Shown here: piece by piece, positions 57,621 to 64,000 of the stretch
How positions within the stretch are numbered: position 1 is the first letter of the stretch
How the letters are laid out: the number at the start of each line of letters is the position of its first letter
From: an uncultured Chloroflexia bacterium
Lineage (GTDB): Bacteria > Chloroflexota > Chloroflexia > Thermomicrobiales > UBA6265
Length of the DNA stretch: 64,000 bases
Assembly: GCA_963750275.1 (NCBI GenBank)
Contig: CAVVQC010000001.1
Coordinates: 75,127 to 139,126, forward strand
Direction: 5' to 3'
The notes under the pieces: generated by a model
The model's input: only the letters and a program-made list of their open reading frames with translations
Told to the model about the DNA's origin: nothing
Database searches by the model: none
Program-made: the position numbers and the translations under genes

Positions 57621-59324
57621 TCAATGGTTGGGGACCTGCGCACCCTTGAGCTCGAGGCTGATCTGGTCCGCGTCCAAATTCGCCATCGCCGCATTCACCA
57701 GCTCTGCACTGTAGGTGCCATCTTCCATAGCCGCGAGAAGCACCTTGCGCTGTGCATCGATCATCGCCAGCTGGACGACTGTTTCGCATTCCTGCCGCTC
57801 GGTCGAGTCGGTGTCGGGCGGAGGCATCGGTCCATAGACCAGATCGGGAAAGGGAGATGAGGGATCCAGGTTGTGTTCCTCCAGCACGGCGATACCCGCT
57901 GCTCGCAAGGTTGCGGAGAGTCGGTATCGATCTAACCGGGTTCGCTCCGACTCGGTTGATGGAGGCAAGAGCTTCCTTGCCACCCAGGGCAGCGTGGAAC
58001 CTTGAATCAGGAGCGATGCAGCGGCAACCAGGAACGCAATAAAAACGAGTAAGGACCGGCTCGGTGTGTCGCGAGGGAGCGTTTGCGCGGCCGCGAGCGT
58101 TACCGCGCCGCGCATGCCCGCCCAGACGATGACCGTTCCCTCTTGCCATCCCATCGTTTCGGTGCGGAAATAGTCGATATCCGCAACTCGGCGTCGCCAA
58201 CTTTTGCGGAAGCTCGCAATGGTCTCGGCGTCTGTCGCTTGACCTTTCCTACCAAGTTTCCGATTGATGTCGAAATCTCTTATCGGTTCCAGGACCCGAT
58301 GCTTGAGGGCATCTGCTATCTCGGTGGCTCGATCGGTGCTGGCGCGGAACACATAGATGAGCGGGACGACGAAGAGCGCGCGTATGACGATGGTGAGAAT
58401 CAGCGCGATGGCAGCGTACTCGGCTGCTTTGGCGATTCCAAAATGATCGTCCTGAACATCTGCCAATACCCAGTCGAGCTCGAGTCCCATGATCAGAAAG
58501 ACTGAGCCTTCAAGAATGAATTCGATCATTCGCCAGTTTTGACGGTCGGAAAGCCGGAACCGCGGTGGCAGGTAGCGGGGTCCAAGGAACCCGGTAATCA
58601 AACCTGCAACGACCGCGGCGACCAGTCCTGATGCTTCCAGCCATTCCGCTATGAGAGAAGCGACAAAGGGAACGGTCAACGCGAGTGCCGTGTTCACTGT
58701 GGGATCGGTGGCACGGGAACGTAACCAGAGATTTCCATACCCTATGAGAGCGCCAATGACAACGGCGACCGCCACGGAATAGATGAATGCTCCCGTAAGA
58801 TGCAACAGGGAGATCCCGGCGGCAGTGGCTCCAATTGCGGTGCGCAGTAACACCAGCGCCGACGCGTCATTGAGCAGACTCTCTCCCTCGAGCACCACTA
58901 CCGTTCTTGGCGACACCCCAAGCCGTTTCACGATCGATGTCGCAACCGCATCGGTGGGGCTCAGGATTGCGCCGATGGCAAGACCAGCAGCGAAATCGAG
59001 CCCGGGAATCAGGCGGGAGAGAATCCAGCCGACAATGAACGAGGTGAGCACGACCAAAAGAACCGCGAGTCCGCTGATCGCGGCGAAGTCCCGGCGAAAT
59101 TCGGTGGTCGGCAGCGAGACTGCGGCGGAATAGAGAAGCGGGGGAAGAATCCCTGCCAGGATCCATTCAGGATCGATGATGAAAATCGGCGTCGCCGGCC
59201 AAAGACTTACCGCGATGCCGACCAGCACGAGAATGAGTGGGGCGGCAATCCGTACGCGCGGACCGAGCCAGGCGGCTCCGGCGATAGCGAGGAGCGCAAG
59301 CACGCCGATAACGATCGATTCCAC
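57621..59324 (-). CDS. Na+/H+ antiporter, CPA1 (NhaP-type) with C-terminal cytoplasmic domain
   Basis: The preferred start is GTG 59324 (VESIVIGVLALLAIAGAAWLG; AGGAG 10 nt upstream). ILSPTDAVA, ESLLNDASALV and VWAGMRGAVTLAAA are typical motifs. The track ORF to 59480 is probably over-extended. Confidence 0.85.
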   Translation of the reverse strand: MESIVIGVLALLAIAGAAWLGPRVRIAAPLILVLVGIAVSLWPATPIFIIDPEWILAGILPPLLYSAAVSLPTTEFRRDFAAISGLAVLLVVLTSFIVGWILSRLIPGLDFAAGLAIGAILSPTDAVATSIVKRLGVSPRTVVVLEGESLLNDASALVLLRTAIGATAAGISLLHLTGAFIYSVAVAVVIGALIGYGNLWLRSRATDPTVNTALALTVPFVASLIAEWLEASGLVAAVVAGLITGFLGPRYLPPRFRLSDRQNWRMIEFILEGSVFLIMGLELDWVLADVQDDHFGIAKAAEYAAIALILTIVIRALFVVPLIYVFRASTDRATEIADALKHRVLEPIRDFDINRKLGRKGQATDAETIASFRKSWRRRVADIDYFRTETMGWQEGTVIVWAGMRGAVTLAAAQTLPRDTPSRSLLVFIAFLVAAASLLIQGSTLPWVARKLLPPSTESERTRLDRYRLSATLRAAGIAVLEEHNLDPSSPFPDLVYGPMPPPDTDSTERQECETVVQLAMIDAQRKVLLAAMEDGTYSAELVNAAMANLDADQISLELKGAQVPNH

Positions 59325-59521
59325 GTGTGGTGCGCTCCTGTTGCCAGCTTGGAACCGAGTTCGCGATTGCCGATTGCTGCCGTTTCCGGTCACGATACCA
59401 TTCCACGCGCTGGAGATGCATAAGGAAAATACCAACACCCATGCGGAATTTCTTGTGTTTGTCGCAGACTCACGCGACAATCGAGCGCGACACGCAGCGT
59501 CGTTCCTGTTTTTCGTTCTAG

Positions 59522-62029
59522 TTGGAGTCCAAACCCTTGTCCTCGATCACCAAACCTGCTGAGTCCGCCGCACAATACAAAGCGGATGAGATCGAATCCC
59601 GGTGGCGTGAGCGGTGGGAAGCAGACCGGCTTTATGCGACGCCCGACGATTCGGATAAGCCAAAGTGGTTCTCATTGACGATGTATCCCTATCCGTCGGG
59701 GATCCTGCACATTGGCCACTGGTATGCCTTCGCGGTTCCCGATGTCTTTGCCCGGTTCAAGCGGATGCAGGGCTACAACGTCATGTTCCCGATGGGATTC
59801 GATGCGTTCGGTCTGCCGGCCGAAAACGCGGCCATTCGGAACAACATCCATCCCGCGCAATGGACGTTCGACAACATCGACCGAATGCGCGAGCAGTACC
59901 GCCACATGGGAGCGATGATCGATTGGTCCCGCGAGGTGATTACCTGCACACCTGATTTTTATCACTGGAATCAGTGGATCTTCCTGCAGATGCTCGAGCG
60001 AGGCCTGGCATATCGCCACGCTGGGGCGGTTTGGTGGTGTCCAAAGGATCAGACGGTGCTTGCCAACGAGCAGGTACTGGAAGGCAATATTTGTGAGCGC
60101 TGTGGCTCTGAAGTCATCAAGCGCGACCTGGAGCAGTGGTACTTCCGCATCACCAATTACGTGGAGGAGCTGCTGGCCGAACTCGACAACCTCGATTGGC
60201 CGGAACGCGTCAAGACGATGCAGCGGAACTGGATTGGCCGTTCCGAAGGGGCGCGACTCTCGTTTGCCGTGGAAGGTGGCGAACCGCTGGAGGTGTTCAC
60301 CACACGGCCCGATACGGTGTGGGGAGCAACCTTCATGGTGCTCGCTCCGGAACATCCGTTGGTGGAATCGATCACGAGTGATGATCGGCGCGAGGCGGTG
60401 CGTGCGTATGCGATCGCGGCCCGCAACCAGACCGATATCGAGCGGATGTCGACTGACGTTTCGAAGCCCAAGTCTGGCGTGTTTACGGGCGCGTACGCGA
60501 TCAATCCAATCACCGACGAACGCATCCCAATCTGGATCGCCGATTATGTGCTGATGGGCTATGGAACCGGCGCGATCATGGCCGTTCCCGCGCATGATGA
60601 ACGCGACTTTGCCTTTGCGAAAGCGTTCGATCTGCCCATCCGGGTGGTTATTCAACCTGAGGGGGACGCGCTCGATCCCGCCGTGATGACCGAGGCGTAT
60701 CACGGCGATGGTCGGATGGTGAATTCGGGTCAATTCGACGGCACGCTGGTTCCGGAAAGCCTACCGAAAGTCATTTCGTGGCTGGAGGAAACCGGCCGCG
60801 GTGAGGCCGAGATCAACTACCGGCTACGCGATTGGCTTGTCTCTCGCCAGCGATACTGGGGCACCCCGATCCCGGTTGTCTATTGTGATGACTGTGGAAT
60901 GGTTCCCTTGTCGGCAGACCAGTTACCAGTCGAGCTGCCACTGGACGCGGAATTCACGCCTACGGGGCGCAGCCCGCTCGTGAGTCATCAGGAGTTTCTG
61001 AACACAACGTGTCCCACCTGCGGCAAACCCGCACGACGGGAAACTGATACGTTCGATACGTTTGTGGATTCATCCTGGTACTGGTTCCGCTACACAAGCC
61101 CGAAGGATACGACGCAGCCGTTCGATCCGAGCCTCGCTGCGCAGTGGACGCCGGTCGATCTGTACTGTGGTGGCATCGAGCATGCCATTCTGCACCTGCT
61201 CTATGCCCGTTTCTTTACGAAGGTCTTGCGTGACCTCGGTCTCATCGATCAGTCGGAGCCGTTCGTGCGCTTACGTAACCAGGGAATGATCCTGGCTGAA
61301 GAAGGCACGAAGATGAGTAAAAGCCGGGGGACGCAGGTTTCTCCAGACGAACTCGTCCGCCACTACGGTGCTGACTCCTTGCGACTGCATCTCATGTATC
61401 TCGGTCCGTGGGACCAGGGCGGTCCGTGGAATACGCGCGGCATTACGGGCATGGAGCGCTTCATTCGGCGGGTCTACGGTTTGGTGCTGGAGACGATCGA
61501 GTTCGATCCGACGGGCTCCGCCGATCCCGTGTCGGCCAGAAATCTGGAACGGCTGGTCAACCAGACTGTGCAACGAGCGACTACCGATCTGCTCGACTTT
61601 CAGTTCAACACCATGGTGGCTGCGCTGATCGAGTGTTCGAACGCGCTCTCGGAGATGAAGACGCCCGAGCTCATGGCCACGTCGCAGTGGCGCGAAGCAA
61701 TCCGCACCCTCGTGCTCCTGATGGCTCCCTCGACGCCCTACGTCGCCGAGGAACTGTGGGAACGGCTGGGTGAGAGCTATTCCGTGCACACGCAGTCCTG
61801 GCCCTCCTACGACGAATCGCTGGCCAAAGATGATTTCGTCGAGCTGGTGATTCAGATCAATGGCAAGGTGCGAGATCGGGTGACACTGCCGGCGGACGCC
61901 TCGGAGGATGCGGTCAAGTCAGCAGTCCGGGCAAGCGAAAAAATTGCCGTTGCTTTGGAAGGCGTGCAAATTGTGCGTGAGATTTATGTGCCTGGCCGCT
62001 TGATGAACATTGTCGTCAAGCCAAGCTAA
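59522..62029 (+). CDS. leuS: Leucine--tRNA ligase
   Basis: 835 aa. IESRWRERWE...KPKWFSLTMYPYPSGILHIGH (HIGH), the CP1 editing domain TTRPDTVWGATFMVLAPEH, and KMSKSRG. The exact start (TTG 59522) is uncertain. Confidence 0.97.
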   Translation: MESKPLSSITKPAESAAQYKADEIESRWRERWEADRLYATPDDSDKPKWFSLTMYPYPSGILHIGHWYAFAVPDVFARFKRMQGYNVMFPMGFDAFGLPAENAAIRNNIHPAQWTFDNIDRMREQYRHMGAMIDWSREVITCTPDFYHWNQWIFLQMLERGLAYRHAGAVWWCPKDQTVLANEQVLEGNICERCGSEVIKRDLEQWYFRITNYVEELLAELDNLDWPERVKTMQRNWIGRSEGARLSFAVEGGEPLEVFTTRPDTVWGATFMVLAPEHPLVESITSDDRREAVRAYAIAARNQTDIERMSTDVSKPKSGVFTGAYAINPITDERIPIWIADYVLMGYGTGAIMAVPAHDERDFAFAKAFDLPIRVVIQPEGDALDPAVMTEAYHGDGRMVNSGQFDGTLVPESLPKVISWLEETGRGEAEINYRLRDWLVSRQRYWGTPIPVVYCDDCGMVPLSADQLPVELPLDAEFTPTGRSPLVSHQEFLNTTCPTCGKPARRETDTFDTFVDSSWYWFRYTSPKDTTQPFDPSLAAQWTPVDLYCGGIEHAILHLLYARFFTKVLRDLGLIDQSEPFVRLRNQGMILAEEGTKMSKSRGTQVSPDELVRHYGADSLRLHLMYLGPWDQGGPWNTRGITGMERFIRRVYGLVLETIEFDPTGSADPVSARNLERLVNQTVQRATTDLLDFQFNTMVAALIECSNALSEMKTPELMATSQWREAIRTLVLLMAPSTPYVAEELWERLGESYSVHTQSWPSYDESLAKDDFVELVIQINGKVRDRVTLPADASEDAVKSAVRASEKIAVALEGVQIVREIYVPGRLMNIVVKPS

Positions 62030-62040
62030 CGGCTAAACCA

Positions 62041-62069
62041 ATGCCGGCGCGGATTTCCCGCGCCGGCAT
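62041..62069. terminator. Bidirectional terminator hairpin between convergent leuS and gcvPB
   Basis: Perfect 12-bp stem ATGCCGGCGCGG-ATTTC-CCGCGCCGGCAT. The plus-strand tail is GCATCTGTTTGG. Confidence 0.65.
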
Positions 62070-62095
62070 GCATCTGTTTGGATTCGTGCAACAGG

Positions 62096-63571
62096 TTAGT
62101 CGGCGGCCGCTGCCGAAACTGCTGCTTCGCGGACCCAGTTAGTGTTCAGCTTTCGGTTAGCACCCGCTTCGTCGAGACGCTTGAATTCCGTTGTGTGTGG
62201 CGCGGAGACGACGGTTTCTGGTTCCTCCTGGACCTCACGCGCAATCTGCAGCATTGCGTCGATGAAATGATCGAGCGATTCCTTCGATTCGGTTTCTGTC
62301 GGTTCGATCATCAGCGCTTCCGGCACGATCAGCGGGAAATACGTGGTCGGCGGATGGACGCCAAAGTCCAGTAGCCGTTTGGCGATATCGACTGCCTTGA
62401 CCCCGTCTGCTTTCTGACGGCGAGCGGAGAGAACTACCTCGTGCATGCAGGTTCGATCGACGGCTACGTCGTAGGCCTCTTCCAGCCGTGCTTTCATGTA
62501 GTTGGCATTGAGGACGGCATCGGAGCTGATTTGGCGAAGTCCGTCCTCGCCGTGCATACGGATGTAGGTGAGCGCGCGCACGAACATACCGAAATTGCCA
62601 TGGAAAGAGTGCAAACGCCCGATCGATTTTTCCGGGGTGAACCACGAGTACGTGGTCTTTTCGTCTCCTTCTTCCGCGCGAATCAGGGGGCCGGGCAGGT
62701 AATCAGCCAGTCTTTCTGCCACCCCAACTGGGCCTGATCCAGGACCACCGCCGCCGTGCGGAGTCGAAAAGGTTTTATGCAGGTTGAAGTGCATGACATC
62801 GATCCCAAGGTCGCCTGGGCGGGCGTATCCGAGGATCGCGTTGAAGTTCGCACCGTCGTTGTAGACCAGTCCGCCCGCTTCGTGGACGATATCGATCACT
62901 TCCTGAATCTGCTCATCCCAAAGCCCGAGCGTGTTCGGATTGGTAATCATTAATCCGGCGGTCTTCGGGCCGACCTTACCTCGTAATGCCTCGACATCGA
63001 CATTGCCGCGTGCGTCTGATTGAATCGTGACGACATCGAATCCGGCCAGAACCGCGGTGGCAGGATTCGTCCCGTGGGCGGAGTCCGGGACCAGCATCTC
63101 GGTCCGTTCGGGATTGCCATTGTCGTGATGGTAGGCGCGAATGATCAGGCAACCCGTGAACTCACCGTGGGCGCCGGCAGCGGGCTGTAGCGTCACTTCC
63201 GCAAATCCCGAGATCTCTGCCAACATGTCCTTCAGCTCGAACATGAGCTGCATCGCTCCCTGGCTGGTCTCTTCGGTTTGCAGTGGATGCAAATGCGCAA
63301 AGCCGGGCAGGCGGGCGACGCTCTCGTTGATGCGCGAGTTGAACTTCATTGTGCAGGAGCCGAGGGGGTAGATGGCGATGTCGATCGCATGGTTCTTCTG
63401 GCTCATACGCGTGAAATGGCGTACGACATCGATTTCGCTGACCTCGGGCCAAGCGAGCTCGTCACGCGCGAGATCCGAGGGAACGGCATAGTTGGGAACG
63501 GTTGAGGCTGGAAAGGTGACGCCGCGGCGATGCGGGCGGCTAAGCTCGAATATCGTGGGCTCTACGGTCAT
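62096..63571 (-). CDS. gcvPB: Glycine dehydrogenase (decarboxylating) subunit 2 (P-protein, C-terminal subunit)
   Basis: 491 aa. [21 protein letters not shown]....[10 protein letters not shown] and the PLP site [16 protein letters not shown]. Confidence 0.93.
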   Translation of the reverse strand: MTVEPTIFELSRPHRRGVTFPASTVPNYAVPSDLARDELAWPEVSEIDVVRHFTRMSQKNHAIDIAIYPLGSCTMKFNSRINESVARLPGFAHLHPLQTEETSQGAMQLMFELKDMLAEISGFAEVTLQPAAGAHGEFTGCLIIRAYHHDNGNPERTEMLVPDSAHGTNPATAVLAGFDVVTIQSDARGNVDVEALRGKVGPKTAGLMITNPNTLGLWDEQIQEVIDIVHEAGGLVYNDGANFNAILGYARPGDLGIDVMHFNLHKTFSTPHGGGGPGSGPVGVAERLADYLPGPLIRAEEGDEKTTYSWFTPEKSIGRLHSFHGNFGMFVRALTYIRMHGEDGLRQISSDAVLNANYMKARLEEAYDVAVDRTCMHEVVLSARRQKADGVKAVDIAKRLLDFGVHPPTTYFPLIVPEALMIEPTETESKESLDHFIDAMLQIAREVQEEPETVVSAPHTTEFKRLDEAGANRKLNTNWVREAAVSAAAAD

Positions 63572-63755
63572 TCGCTGAAGTTACCCTTCCTGCAGGAGCT
63601 AATTAGCGCGCCGGAGAAACCGGTTGGTCCGGTGCGTGCATGACCGAATTATGCCGCATACGATTGCATGGGAAACTGACATCCGAACTTAGCGCGATGA
63701 CAAACATCTTTTAAGCGCTCAACGATTTTGATTTTCCCGAGGGGCCGCCAACTCG

Positions 63756-64000
63756 ATGAATCCCTATCTTTCCTTTTCCATTGCGATGTGCGGTGTCGTG
63801 ATCGTGGCGCTGGCAGGCACCGCCTATCTGGCGTCCTACTTCAACCGCCGGTCGAAGAACGACATGTCGCTGGCCCTGCAGCCGTTGGCCGACGTGATCG
63901 ATGGCGAGGTCGATGTGGAAGACGGGCACGTTACCGGACGGTATCGCGGTCAACTTGCCGATGGCAAAGTGGCCACGATGCCCGGCGGTATGAGCCGCAT
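63756..64000 (+). CDS. Hypothetical membrane-anchored protein, 5' part (runs off window end)
   Basis: ATG 63756 opens a frame with no stop to the window end: MNPYLSFSIAMCGVVIVALAGTAYLASYFNRRSKNDMSLALQPLADVIDGEVDVEDGHVTGRYRGQLADGK.... It has an N-terminal TM helix and GC-rich third codon positions. The antisense ORF 63711..63953 in the track is less plausible. Confidence 0.5.
   Translation, partial: MNPYLSFSIAMCGVVIVALAGTAYLASYFNRRSKNDMSLALQPLADVIDGEVDVEDGHVTGRYRGQLADGKVATMPGGMSR

Noticed and set aside
59325-59521. T-box leader upstream of leuS (and likewise upstream of the cysS-family gene, 55001-55188).
   Set aside because: No T-box sequence (AAnnnGGGTGGTACCGCG-like) or specifier/antiterminator architecture is visible.

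Overview
GC-rich bacterial chromosomal window, mostly core housekeeping genes. All calls rest on reading the translations and the sequence by eye, since no searches were possible.

**Contents, in order:**
- recO (partial), trmD, an HD-GYP/HAD pair, an orphan ABC solute-binding protein, aroC, and smpB with tmRNA.
- tRNA-Thr/Tyr/Thr. These are separated from tuf by two antisense secreted-protein genes.
- The classical tuf-rpmG-tRNA-Trp-secE-nusG-rplKAJL block.
- tRNA-Pro with an ANTAR response regulator, then cdaA-cdaR.
- rplI-dnaB-dnaD-dnaI, a DUF305/BNR-repeat pair, mgtE, tRNA-Lys and gatCA.
- dnaX, rsmI, a SEDS (RodA/FtsW) gene and tRNA-Gly.
- An LLM oxidoreductase with a Gfo/Idh/MocA gene, psuG-psuK, tRNA-Leu and an orphan form-II CoxL-like gene.
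- mscS, groES-groEL with a perfect CIRCE operator, a short cysS-family gene, otsB, a translin-family gene, tRNA-Ala, an NhaP-type antiporter, leuS and gcvPB.

In total I count nine tRNAs plus tmRNA. I saw no rRNA, CRISPR array, transposase, integrase or obvious defence/toxin system.

The gene content is cdaA-cdaR, DnaD/DnaI loaders, CIRCE, an LPXTG-like sorting signal, translin, DUF3090 and a PdtaR-like regulator. This suggests a monoderm high-GC lineage such as Chloroflexota/Thermomicrobia. That is inference only.

**I could not identify a convincing novel multi-gene system.** The items most worth a second look are:
1. A Tat-signal, 24-cysteine acidic protein with a sortase-like C-terminus and a ~400-nt leader (8016-9164).
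2. The ~3.4-kb antisense secreted-protein module and ~765 bp of unexplained non-coding DNA between the tRNA cluster and tuf.
3. A plus-oriented intrinsic terminator with no plus-strand gene, in an AT-richer spacer next to a conserved two-gene membrane cassette (41126-42767).
4. Single-base frame disruptions in trmD and psuG, plus a possible third in otsB. These may simply be assembly indels.
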